64,000 bases of DNA. Source: Methylococcales bacterium. Its GTDB lineage: Bacteria > Pseudomonadota > Gammaproteobacteria > Methylococcales > Methylomonadaceae. The position numbers were made by a program, and so were the translations under genes. Numbering within the stretch: the stretch's first letter is position 1; each line of letters starts with the position of its first letter. The notes under the pieces were generated by a model. It did not search any database. It was not told the DNA's origin and worked only from the letters and a program-made list of their open reading frames with translations. The stretch spans positions 1 through 64,000 of the forward strand of contig JAPLRZ010000063.1 in assembly GCA_026398895.1 (NCBI GenBank). Direction: 5' to 3'. Shown one piece after another: positions 1 to 9,085 of this stretch.

Positions 1-376
1 CGACCCGCAGGGGCAGTAGCATAGTTTGCTGGCGATTCAGGGTCTTTTGATAACGGCGTGTGGTCATGTTTTTATTTTGTTGTTTATGTGCTTATAGCGA
101 TATTATACAGGCTTGGGAAAGTGAATACTTTCACAGTCTCTCTGGCTTGGGAATGCCTACCCTCAAGCTCTGCTTGGCGTTTATCGCTATAAGCTTAACA
201 GTCGAGCTTGTTTTGTTCTTGCCACAGCAAGCGGAGCTTGGCAATAGGCGTTCCTAAACTAGAGTTTGGGAACGATAAAATTTGATTTTCCCGTTGGGAG
301 ATGGTTTTTACCGCGTACGTTGGGTGAAATCAAGTAGGTAGCATCGTAGTTGGGTTAGATTTATTAAGGAATAATT

Positions 377-1816
377 ATGACATTACTCGTATTATCCATA
401 CTTATTATTATCGGATGGAATTTTATACCATCCGATACGCGTAAAAAAATAATTTCTGCGGTGATTGAGTTCATTAAAGTAACTTTTACTTTTTTAAAAA
501 ATTACTGGCAATCTTATTTAAAAACCAATCCAGATTTTAAAATTAATCCTAATTTGAAAATGAGTTTACACATGAATATTCCCTCTAAAATAGTTAGCTA
601 TCTTGGTATCGGCGCGGTGGTTTTTATATTGATTACACTTAATTTTGGTATTAACGATGCGGGTGAAAGAACCCTTATTCAGTACCCGTGGGGAACACTC
701 ATGGTTAAATTTACTCCTGGTATTTACACCAAATTTTTTGGCAGCACTGAAGTTTACCGTGATGTCATTACTTTTGACTTTGATAAACAAAATGCCAAAG
801 GTGAAGCCAGCCTTGATTTTCCAGGTATCAATGTGCGTTATCAAGATGGTGGTACGGGTAAAGTATTTGGTAAAGCGCGGTTTGCATTGCCTAATACCGA
901 AGAAGTAATGATTAAACTGCATAAAGATTTTCGTAGCAACGATGCAGTCGCTTATAAACTCATTAAGACCTTAGTTGAAGAATCAATGAATCTTACCGCT
1001 GGACTGATGTCATCGGAAGAGGCCTATGCAGAAAAACGTGGCATTTTTACCCTGTGGTCTGAAGAACAAATCTCCTCAGGAAAATTCTTTACCGAATTAA
1101 AATCAGTTGAGGAAAAACACGAAGCGACCAATGAAGCCATCGTGCGTAATGTGCCTGTCATTAAATACGGCACCGATGGCTTGCCGCTGCATCACAACAG
1201 TGATTTCAAAGCTTACGGTATTACTGTCAGCGGTTTTCAAATTACCGATTGGGATTTTGAGCAAAAAACCCTAGAACAAATATCGCGTAAACGCGAAGCC
1301 ACTATGGGTATTATCACCGCCAAAGCCGATGCTGAAAGAGCGCGACAAGAAGCTCTGACCGCCGAAGAACAAGGCAAGAAAAATGTCATGGTCGATAAAT
1401 ACGCCAAAGAACAAGAAAAAGTCCAAGCGGTTGTTGATGCTGAAAAAGAAAAAGAAGTTGCCGTTACCAAAGCTATGCAGGGCGTATTAGTGGCTGAACA
1501 AGGTAAACTGGAGGCAGAACAAAAACGCCTTGCCGCCGTTGCTTATAAACAAGAACAAATTTTACGCGGTGAAGGCGATGGTGAATATAAACGTTTAGTA
1601 ATGAGTGCAGACGGTGCGCTAACAGCCAAACTGACCGCATGGCAAGCGGTACACATTCGTTATGCCGAAGCCATTGAAAAACAAAAATGGGTACCTGAAA
1701 TTCAAATGGGTGCGAGTAATCAAAATGGTGGCAGTGCCGCGACTGATTTGATTGAAATGTTGAAAGCGCAAACTGCGAAAGAACTAAAGTTGGATATGAC
1801 GGTAAAGGCTAATTAA
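377..1816 (+). CDS. Flotillin/SPFH (band-7) family membrane protein with long C-terminal coiled-coil (YqiK/FloT-like)
   Basis: The N-terminal TM helix is followed by an SPFH-like core (TLIQYPWGTLMVKFTPGIYTKFFGSTEVYRDVITFDFD). The C-terminus is an E/A/K-rich coiled coil (AEKEKEVAVTKAMQ..., EAEQKRLAAVAYKQEQ) typical of bacterial flotillins. The AT-rich leader carries an upstream RBS. Confidence 0.6.
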   Translation: MTLLVLSILIIIGWNFIPSDTRKKIISAVIEFIKVTFTFLKNYWQSYLKTNPDFKINPNLKMSLHMNIPSKIVSYLGIGAVVFILITLNFGINDAGERTLIQYPWGTLMVKFTPGIYTKFFGSTEVYRDVITFDFDKQNAKGEASLDFPGINVRYQDGGTGKVFGKARFALPNTEEVMIKLHKDFRSNDAVAYKLIKTLVEESMNLTAGLMSSEEAYAEKRGIFTLWSEEQISSGKFFTELKSVEEKHEATNEAIVRNVPVIKYGTDGLPLHHNSDFKAYGITVSGFQITDWDFEQKTLEQISRKREATMGIITAKADAERARQEALTAEEQGKKNVMVDKYAKEQEKVQAVVDAEKEKEVAVTKAMQGVLVAEQGKLEAEQKRLAAVAYKQEQILRGEGDGEYKRLVMSADGALTAKLTAWQAVHIRYAEAIEKQKWVPEIQMGASNQNGGSAATDLIEMLKAQTAKELKLDMTVKAN

Positions 1817-1919
1817 TATAGCTGAGGCAGTATTTGTGGTTAAAAAACCGATCTACAATACCATGACTTAAAATTGCGCAAGAATATGTAATCCCCCCAT
1901 AACCCTCAACCAAGAGAAT

Positions 1920-2507
1920 ATGATGCTTAAAATCATCTTGCAGTTATTATCGATAGCGGTACTTACTATTTTAAGCATCAGTATTAGTAGCGCGGATACC
2001 ATCAACAAATGTAAAAACGCACAGGGCAAAATGCTGTATCAAAAAACACCGTGTGCAGACAATGCACTAGCGGTTAATTCGTGGACTCCAAAAGCACAAG
2101 TGAAGTCATCCGAACAAGAACCTGCAAAAAAAATTAACGAGATAATAGTCATTCGGCAAGCGTCTAACGGTAGTTATTTTTTGGAAGGTGAGGCGAATAG
2201 TCACACGCTTACTTTTGTTGTTGATACGGGGGCATCTTTGGTTTCATTGCCACGCGCCTTTGCTTCTTCGGCATCGATGTTTTGCGATGATAAAGTGATA
2301 TTGGAAACGGCTAATGGTCAATCTGGCGGCTGCACAACGATTATTACTGAACTTAAATTGGGTCGTGGTAATCTGGTGCTTAAAAATGTGAAGGCACTGA
2401 TTGTTCCAAATCTAAGTCAACCTTTGCTGGGTATGAATGTGTTACAGAATTTCAATATCGAACAAAAAAATGGCGAAATGCAACTTTCAGATCATAAGCC
2501 TAAATAA
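1920..2507 (+). CDS. Secreted retropepsin-like (clan AA) aspartic protease
   Basis: A signal peptide is followed by the catalytic motif FVVDTGASLVSLP (D-T/S-G-A). The size of about 190 aa is typical of the TIGR02281-type bacterial retropepsin family. Confidence 0.55.
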   Translation: MMLKIILQLLSIAVLTILSISISSADTINKCKNAQGKMLYQKTPCADNALAVNSWTPKAQVKSSEQEPAKKINEIIVIRQASNGSYFLEGEANSHTLTFVVDTGASLVSLPRAFASSASMFCDDKVILETANGQSGGCTTIITELKLGRGNLVLKNVKALIVPNLSQPLLGMNVLQNFNIEQKNGEMQLSDHKPK

Positions 2508-2608
2508 TCTGGGCTATATCTAGTCACTCTGTTGAAAGTAGTAAGAATGTCACACGGAGCGTTTACAATAGCAGGGACAATAATATTGATAAGTAACCGA
2601 GGATAATA

Positions 2609-3694
2609 ATGCCCGCTTTTACAGGTAGCTATACTCTGGACGATGTCCATTTTTTATTAAATCCCGTGTGTGTGCAAGATACTCCTGTACATATTAAAGA
2701 GGCGTTGATTCAATCGGGTAAAAAACATTATTCCGAAATGCTTAGCCATGAGTCTTTACCCGCTGATGATTATGTCGTGCTGTTTCATGAGGCGATGGCA
2801 TTAAATCAAGAACGGGTGGCGAAGCAGTTGTTGATTTTGGCAGAGCAAATTATCGCTACTCGTCCACAAGGAATTACCTTGGTCTCATTAGCGCGGGCTG
2901 GTACGCCTGTCGGTGTGTTACTCAAGCACGTTTTAAAACGCTATTTTAAGACCGATGCCGCGCATTATTCGGTGTCGATTATTCGTGATGTGGGACTTGA
3001 TCAAAATGCGTTGCGCTTTATTCTGCAACATCATCGCCCTGAATCTTTGGTGTTTGTTGATGGTTGGACGGGCAAGGGTGTTATCGCACGACAATTAGCC
3101 AATAGCTTGGCAGATTTTGCCGCCAGTGACGGTGTTGTGATTCCTGCTGAACTCTATGTATTAACCGATTTATCGGGCAGTGCAACGATTGCAGCATCGT
3201 GTGAAGATTATTTAATTCCCTCTAGCGTATTAAATTCAACGGTTTCAGGTTTGGTGAGTCGTTCAGTTTATGATCCGCACACCGCGAAAGCCGACGATTT
3301 TCACGGTTGCGTGTATTATCAGCAATTTGCCGAACAGGATTTATCAGGTTATTTTATTGAGACAATGTTGGATTGTGTTGAGCGTATTTGGCAGTGCGGC
3401 GAGTTGAAACGCCCAATGATTGATCGTCAACAGTTGCAAAACATTTCTATCGCCCTGTTACAATGGCTAACCGAACAATATGGTGTGAGTCATGCTAATT
3501 ACATTAAACCAGGTATTGGGGAGGCAACCCGCGTGTTATTACGCCGAGAAGCGCGACATTTATTGTTACGCGACTTAAATTCCGAGGCAACCCGCCATTT
3601 GCGTTGGTTAGCCGAGTCCAAATCCATTCCCATCACGGTTTTTTCTGAGTTACCGTATCAAGCCGTGGCGTTAATTAAAGAGCTTCAACTATGA
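2609..3694 (+). CDS. Phosphoribosyltransferase (PRTase)-domain protein of a Ter-associated biosynthetic module, with a C-terminal extension
   Basis: Shows the PRTase type-I pattern: ITLVSLARAGTPVGVLL (the G-rich helix-start loop), then the PRPP-binding loop SLVFVDGWTGKGVIA (a hydrophobic beta-strand followed by an acidic residue and a small-residue loop). It is translationally coupled (ATGA overlap) to the CitE-like gene and sits upstream of TerD and TerB. Confidence 0.45.
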   Translation: MPAFTGSYTLDDVHFLLNPVCVQDTPVHIKEALIQSGKKHYSEMLSHESLPADDYVVLFHEAMALNQERVAKQLLILAEQIIATRPQGITLVSLARAGTPVGVLLKHVLKRYFKTDAAHYSVSIIRDVGLDQNALRFILQHHRPESLVFVDGWTGKGVIARQLANSLADFAASDGVVIPAELYVLTDLSGSATIAASCEDYLIPSSVLNSTVSGLVSRSVYDPHTAKADDFHGCVYYQQFAEQDLSGYFIETMLDCVERIWQCGELKRPMIDRQQLQNISIALLQWLTEQYGVSHANYIKPGIGEATRVLLRREARHLLLRDLNSEATRHLRWLAESKSIPITVFSELPYQAVALIKELQL

Positions 3695-4623
3695 CTATCA
3701 AAGCGACTTCTTTTTCTCCGTGGGCGTTAGGTGCGCCGCTGTATATGCCCGCACACCGTCATGATATTTTGGATTGCGCCAATGGCGAAAAATATCCACT
3801 GTTACGCTCGATGATTTTTTGTACCGAAGACGCAGTATCACACACCGAAGTCGATAGTAGTTTGCGGCATTTGGGCTTGTGTCTACAGGGCTTTAGAATC
3901 GTTCCAAATCGGTTTCGTTTTATTCGTGTTCGTAATCCAGAGGTATTGGCGCGTTTATTAGACTTGCCGCATATCGATAAAATCGATGGTTTTGTGTTGC
4001 CAAAATTTGATACGTCGGTGTTTCATGCCTACTTCGATCAGTTAAAAGATACACCTTTTAAAATCATGCCCACCTTGGAAACTAAAGATGTGTTTGATGT
4101 TGGTGCGATGTGTGAGTTACGGCAAGCTTTGTTACAGCATGAAGCACTGCAACAAATTTTAATGTTGCGTATTGGTGGCAATGATTTAATGAATATTTTA
4201 GGGTTGCGTAGACCAAGGCAATTAACACTGTACGATACGCCTTTAGGCAGTGTAATTTCACAGCTAGTGACGGTATTTAAACCTTATAATTTTGACTTAT
4301 CCGCCCCTGTGTTTGAATATCTCAATGATAATGAAACGTTGCAAAAAGAAATCCAACGTGATTTGGCATTCGGTCTAATCGGCAAAACTGCTATTCATCC
4401 TAGCCAAATAGCCGACATTGAAGCGGTTTATGCAGTGGAATTGGATGATTATGAAATGGCAGTTAAACTGGTCGATAATACAGCCCCCGCTGTGTTTAAA
4501 ATGCACCACTCGATGTGTGAAGTGGCAACCCATCGGCAATGGGCAACGAGTATTTTGAATCGACAACAGTATTATGGTTTTAGCGGGGAAAAATCGTTAG
4601 ACTGTGCTGAGGTGTCAGTGTAA
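3691..4623 (+). CDS. HpcH/HpaI aldolase / citrate lyase beta-subunit (CitE)-like protein
   Basis: The N-terminal RSMIFCTEDAVSHTEV resembles the CitE LDLEDaV active-site region, and the TIM-barrel-like length fits. The gene overlaps the upstream PRTase gene by 4 nt. Confidence 0.55.
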   Translation: MTIKATSFSPWALGAPLYMPAHRHDILDCANGEKYPLLRSMIFCTEDAVSHTEVDSSLRHLGLCLQGFRIVPNRFRFIRVRNPEVLARLLDLPHIDKIDGFVLPKFDTSVFHAYFDQLKDTPFKIMPTLETKDVFDVGAMCELRQALLQHEALQQILMLRIGGNDLMNILGLRRPRQLTLYDTPLGSVISQLVTVFKPYNFDLSAPVFEYLNDNETLQKEIQRDLAFGLIGKTAIHPSQIADIEAVYAVELDDYEMAVKLVDNTAPAVFKMHHSMCEVATHRQWATSILNRQQYYGFSGEKSLDCAEVSV

Positions 4624-4703
4624 TTCAAATATAAATGTTGGGGTTCGACCCTCACCCAATCTACTCTGGCTTAGTTTGATAGCAGTGAACAAAAGGGGAA
4701 ATT

Positions 4704-5900
4704 ATGAATAATCGAATCGATTTGGTTGCTGGACAAAATTGTCCACTATCAACATTCTCTGTGCATATAGTGGTGAGTCAGGGCAATCATCCGCAGGGAA
4801 TGGAACTTGATGTCAGTGCTTTTTTGCTTAATGCAGCAGGCAAAGTATCAACGGATGATGATTTTATTTTTTTTAATCAACCCGCACGAGAGGATCAGGG
4901 TATTTTATTAGAGCCTGAGCTATCACGCTTTACCCTACACCTAGAGCGCGTCAGTAACGCAGTGCAGAAAATCGCCTTAGCTCTAACCATTGCCGAGGGT
5001 GCGAATAAAGGGCAGAATGTTAGCCTGCTTAAAAATGTCACCGTATTGGTGAAAGATTTTTTCACAGGCATTGAAATTGCCTGTTTCGCCCTCGATACCA
5101 CAGCTAATAAAGAAACCGCGTTAATTCTTGCCGAATTTTATCGCCATCAAGATAAATGGAAATTTCGCGCAGTCGGTCAGGGTTTTGTCGGTGGTTTGCA
5201 GCCGTTAGCAGAATATTTCGGTGTGGATATTAGCGAAGGAGAAGGACTTTCTGCTAATACTGCACCGCCCACTACCTCGGCAAAACTTAATCTCAGTAAA
5301 GTAACGCTGGAAAAGAAAGGGCAATCTATTTCATTGGATAAACAGGCGGGAGGATTGAGTGAAATTCTTGTTAATCTTAACTGGAATGCTACCCCCGTTA
5401 AATCTTTGGGATATTCGCGTAATAAAGTCGTGGCAGAATCAGGTATAGACCTTGATTTGGCGTGTCTTTGGGAATTTGACCAAGGCGAAATTGGCGCGAC
5501 TCAAGCCTTAGGCGGACATTTTGGTAATTTTCATTCATTTCCGTTTATTGAGTTAGATCAAGATGATCGTAGCGGGCAATCAATCGGTGGCGAAACGGTG
5601 CGTATTAATGGGCGTTACTGGCAGGAATTTCGGCGGATTTTAATTTACACCTTTATTTATGAAGGCGTGCCGAACTGGTCTCATGTTGATGCGGTGATTA
5701 CCATCAAAGCTAAAGACCAACCTGACATCGAAATACGCCTTGATAGCTATCGAGACGATCAATTTTTATGCGCGATTGCAATGTTGGAAAATATCAACAA
5801 TCAGGTGAAAATTACCAAACTTATCGACTATTTTTCGAGTCATCAGCAAATGGATAACGCTTATGGCTGGGGCTTGAATTATGTTGCAGGCAGCAAATAA
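4704..5900 (+). CDS. Tandem TerD-domain protein (TerA/TerF-like tellurite-resistance/stress protein)
   Basis: Carries two TerD-like halves. Half 1: ELDVSAFLLNAAGKVSTDDDFIFFNQ...ALDTTANKETALILAEFYRHQDKWKFRAVGQGF. Half 2: LDLACLWEFDQGEIGATQALGGHFGNFHSFPFIELDQDDRSGQ. The acidic calcium-binding-type loops are characteristic of TerD/TerZ/TerE proteins. Confidence 0.7.
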   Translation: MNNRIDLVAGQNCPLSTFSVHIVVSQGNHPQGMELDVSAFLLNAAGKVSTDDDFIFFNQPAREDQGILLEPELSRFTLHLERVSNAVQKIALALTIAEGANKGQNVSLLKNVTVLVKDFFTGIEIACFALDTTANKETALILAEFYRHQDKWKFRAVGQGFVGGLQPLAEYFGVDISEGEGLSANTAPPTTSAKLNLSKVTLEKKGQSISLDKQAGGLSEILVNLNWNATPVKSLGYSRNKVVAESGIDLDLACLWEFDQGEIGATQALGGHFGNFHSFPFIELDQDDRSGQSIGGETVRINGRYWQEFRRILIYTFIYEGVPNWSHVDAVITIKAKDQPDIEIRLDSYRDDQFLCAIAMLENINNQVKITKLIDYFSSHQQMDNAYGWGLNYVAGSK

Positions 5901-5919
5901 CTGACTAAGGAGTATTGTT

Positions 5920-6288
5920 ATGAATCTTTTTGATCGAATAAAAAGTATAGATATTACGCAAAATCTAGCTAATGCGAAGAATTTAGCTGCGGAAAATATT
6001 GCATCTGGAAAATTAAAAGCGATTGAACTGTTTGAGAAGCACAGACCAGAAATAGAAGATATTTTAGTCAATGGATTGCTGAAGGTTGCGGAGGAAAAGC
6101 TACAAGATAACGAAACACTACAACAAGTATTTGAGAAAGGATATGAAGCTTTACCGATGGCGGTCAGGCTTTTATTGCCACGCGCAACATTTGTTGAGTT
6201 TTCGATGAAAGAAAAAGAACCCCTATTGTTAAAGGTACGGGATTATAAACAGAAAAGAGCAGATGCCAATAGTAACACTATAAGCTAG
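5920..6288 (+). CDS. Hypothetical small helical protein lying between the TerD and TerB genes
   Basis: A 122-aa ORF with an upstream RBS (aaggag). No recognisable motif was seen. Its position inside the ter-like cassette suggests it is co-transcribed. Confidence 0.35.
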   Translation: MNLFDRIKSIDITQNLANAKNLAAENIASGKLKAIELFEKHRPEIEDILVNGLLKVAEEKLQDNETLQQVFEKGYEALPMAVRLLLPRATFVEFSMKEKEPLLLKVRDYKQKRADANSNTIS

Positions 6289-6399
6289 ATCAAGGAGGAG
6301 CTTTCCTATTTTTCAGGACGACTATCTGTATTTACTGGATGATACACTGCTAGCCAATTTAATCGATAAATGTTTAATCACTAACCAAGGAGTACCACT

Positions 6400-6843
6400 A
6401 TGAGCTTTTTTGATGACTTAAAAAACAAAGCGAACGAACTAAAAAACGATGTTTTGAAATATAAAAACAAAGATTTTCTCAATGCTGCAATGGCAGGGTC
6501 AGCCTTAATTGCTATGGCAGACGGCAAAATCAGTGCTGAAGAAAAACAAAAAATGCTTAAATTCATCGAAAATCATGACGCACTGTCAGTTTTTACCACC
6601 AGCGATGTCATTAAAGCTTTTCAGGAGTTCGTAGGACAAATTGAATTTGACCAAGATATTGGTGAATCTAAAGCCTATCAAGCCTTAGCTAAAATGAAAT
6701 CCAATGCCGAAGCCGCACGTTTATTAATTCGCATGATTATCAGTATTGGGGCTTCGGATGGTGTGTTTGATGCGGATGAAAAGAAAATTGCGGTGAAAAT
6801 AGCGAAAGAATTAGGGCTGAATCCAGCAGAGTTTGATTTGTAG
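6400..6843 (+). CDS. terB: Tellurite resistance protein TerB
   Basis: The N-terminus MSFFDDLKNKANELKNDVLKYKNKDFLNAAMAGSALIAMADGKISAEEKQKM closely parallels E. coli/plasmid TerB (MSFFDKVK...RYKNKKF...ASDGVSSEEKQKM). The 147-aa length fits, and there is an RBS (aaggag) upstream. Confidence 0.8.
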   Translation: MSFFDDLKNKANELKNDVLKYKNKDFLNAAMAGSALIAMADGKISAEEKQKMLKFIENHDALSVFTTSDVIKAFQEFVGQIEFDQDIGESKAYQALAKMKSNAEAARLLIRMIISIGASDGVFDADEKKIAVKIAKELGLNPAEFDL

Positions 6844-6846
6844 ATT

Positions 6847-6940
6847 GGGTTAGCGGTAGCGTAACCCAACACATACAAAGTCAATGGTAAAGTTGGGTTA
6901 TGGCTATCGCCTAACCCAACCTTGTATCTCTCCAAAGCAA
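6847..6940. repeat. Two adjacent palindromic hairpins (GGGTTA/TAACCC-type stems), possibly a terminator or REP-like element, between terB and the IS66 remnant
   Basis: Hairpin 1 is ttgggttagcggtagcgtaacccaa. Hairpin 2 is gttgggttatggctatcgcctaacccaac. Both are built on a GGGTTA / TAACCC core. Confidence 0.4.
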
Positions 6941-6961
6941 AGGAGAAAACTGCTATAGTGT

Positions 6962-7318
6962 TTAGCTAGCATTATAGCAGAGTGCATGAACAGAGTTTGA
7001 ACCCAACCTTAGACACAAGTCTGTGACGTAGATAAAACCCATGCACTGATTTCTTAAAACCCCGCGTTGCCGTGGTTCAGCCCCGCCTTTTCTTAAGCTA
7101 TCAGATGACGGCGGCTTGCTTGAAGTGCGGCTATCCTTAACCACCTTGTTTTCCAATTCCTCCAACCTTGCTTCCAACTTCTCCAACCAATCAAATACGT
7201 TCATGATGAGCGCGTCTTTTTCTGCATGACTCATTGCATCGAATTCTGCTTGGCTTGGGAGGCTTAAGGTTTTCATGGAGTTAAGGATGGTTGATATTTG
7301 GGGCTGAGTAGTTACCAA
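6962..7318 (-). pseudogene. IS66-family transposase, N-terminal fragment (remnant)
   Basis: The translation LEKLEARLEELENKVVKDSRTSSKPPSSDSLRK matches the conserved IS66 TnpC N-terminal leucine-zipper plus NSSKPPSSD motif. The frame then collapses into low-complexity sequence with no DDE domain, so the gene is truncated. Confidence 0.6.
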
Positions 7319-7349
7319 AATAGATTAAAACAAGGACATCGTTCCTCAC

Positions 7350-8741
7350 ATGATACGAAGAAAAATACTGTATAAGGCATTCTTACATGATATATATGTG
7401 TTGACTAACGTGCCACAGGCAGCAAAACGAGCTAACGGAGTACAGCTCATGCGTAAAAAAATCATTAAACCATCGACTTATTTAACGGAAGTTAAAAACT
7501 TATCTGACCGTATCGTTACCGCGCAGCAACCGATTCGTATTTTGGAAGCGGTGAAATGGGATGACAGTATCAAACAAGCATTTTTTGCCAGTCATTGCAA
7601 AAAACCACCTATCGTTACTGCTGATTACTATGCAAACCGACCTTTGGGCTTTGATCCTGTGGAAAAGAAACAAGAATTTCATCAAATCGAGCGCGATTTA
7701 GCGCGTAAATTGGGGCAACTCAATCCGCTTAGCGTCATCATGCGCCGTATGTGTCGAGAATATAAAGACGTGGTAAATATGCTAAATGCGCGTGGTACGC
7801 CGACTTTTGCTAATATCTCTCAGGAATTATATGGCTCATCGGAAGATGTGTTTCATGTTGGCGATCCGTCTATTGCCGCTTTAGGCAGTATGATGGAAGA
7901 AACCTTGTCACAGCTTACTCAACTGGATTTTTTAGCTGAAGAACCCAAAACCATTAATGCTAGTGATGCGGTAGCCATTCTGAATGAACGTATCCAAGCT
8001 GTGTTTCCAAATGAAGGCTTACGCGCCATGATTAGTGATGGCATTATTGCCGATGCTGCTGCGGGTACCGATTACGTTAAATTACGCGCTGATGCTTTTT
8101 TCAATATGCGTGATTTACGAATGCTAGAAGTGCATGAAGTCTGGGTACATTTAGGCACAACCCTCAATGGATTAGAACAGCCGTATTGCACCTTTCTGGG
8201 CAAAGGCACACCGTCAGCAACCGTCACACAGGAAGGCTTAGCGGTTTTAATGGAAATCTTAACGCTCAGCTCAACGCCTAATCGCTTAATGCGCTTAATT
8301 GACCGTGTTCGCGCCATTACCCTCGCCGAACAAGGCGCGGATTTTATGGATATATTTGCCTTTTTTAGCGACAAAGGACGTGACCAAGAAGAAAGCTACC
8401 TACTCAGTAGCCGCGTGTTTAGAGGCAGTAGTCCTGATGGAATGCCGTTTACCAAAGATTTAACCTATATCAAAGGTTTTGTTTTAACTTTTAATTTTAT
8501 TCGTTTAGCCGTCCACAAAGGTAAACCCGACCGTATCCCGTTATTATTTTGTGGAAAAACCATGATTGAAGACATGAAAGTATTGGTAGACCTAGTAGAA
8601 GAAGGCACAGTTACTGCCCCGCGTTTTCTTCCACCCCCCTTTCAGGATTTAATGGGACTATCCGCGTGGATGAGCTTTAGTCGCTTCATGACCTCATTGA
8701 ATTTTAGACAGTTAGAGCAAGATTACGCCAATATTTTGTAG
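7350..8741 (+). CDS. DUF1704 / flavohemoglobin-expression-modulating QEGLA-motif protein (putative metallo-carboxypeptidase-like)
   Basis: Contains the eponymous motif ...TVTQEGLAVLMEIL... inside a roughly 430-aa conserved body. The start is ambiguous: the in-frame ATG at 7449 (MRKKIIK) gives the more typical length. Confidence 0.6.
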   Translation: MIRRKILYKAFLHDIYVLTNVPQAAKRANGVQLMRKKIIKPSTYLTEVKNLSDRIVTAQQPIRILEAVKWDDSIKQAFFASHCKKPPIVTADYYANRPLGFDPVEKKQEFHQIERDLARKLGQLNPLSVIMRRMCREYKDVVNMLNARGTPTFANISQELYGSSEDVFHVGDPSIAALGSMMEETLSQLTQLDFLAEEPKTINASDAVAILNERIQAVFPNEGLRAMISDGIIADAAAGTDYVKLRADAFFNMRDLRMLEVHEVWVHLGTTLNGLEQPYCTFLGKGTPSATVTQEGLAVLMEILTLSSTPNRLMRLIDRVRAITLAEQGADFMDIFAFFSDKGRDQEESYLLSSRVFRGSSPDGMPFTKDLTYIKGFVLTFNFIRLAVHKGKPDRIPLLFCGKTMIEDMKVLVDLVEEGTVTAPRFLPPPFQDLMGLSAWMSFSRFMTSLNFRQLEQDYANIL

Positions 8742-9085
8742 GCTAGAATGTGAGAACATTTTATGACGCTGAAATTATCATTTTTAGGTAGTGGCTCAAC
8801 CCTGTGATTTAGCATAACTATCTTTATCCCTGCTTGGCAGGCGCGGTATCAACCGTTCAGCATGAAGGCTTTCGTCACACATAAAGGCTTTTGGCAACGG
8901 CAATCTAGTTACTTCGGCAGTATGGGCAAATGATTTCTTGATAGCAGGTTATTTTTGTGTGTGAGGTGGGTGTGTTTGGGGAGTTTCAGACTCTGATTTT
9001 AATCTAATTTACAGATTTGACTCACTACCGATTTTTTATTGATAGACAGACGGGAAATTCCCGCCTGTCTGATTTGCATAGCGAC

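Noticed and set aside
60-257. 65-aa ORF at the left edge of the window.
   Set aside because: Hydrophobic low-complexity translation with no RBS and no recognisable motif. Likely non-coding leader sequence upstream of the flotillin gene.
4630-4665. tRNA-like T-arm motif (ggggttcgaccc) just after the CitE-like gene.
   Set aside because: Only a short GGTTCGA-type palindrome is present. No acceptor, anticodon or D-arm complement could be assembled. More likely a small terminator-like hairpin.
9040-9075. Imperfect hairpin (agacagacgggaaattcccgcctgtct) downstream of the large oxidoreductase gene, a possible terminator.
   Set aside because: The stem is imperfect and the U-run lies on the wrong side for the minus-strand transcript. 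Cannot be supported as a rho-independent terminator from sequence alone.
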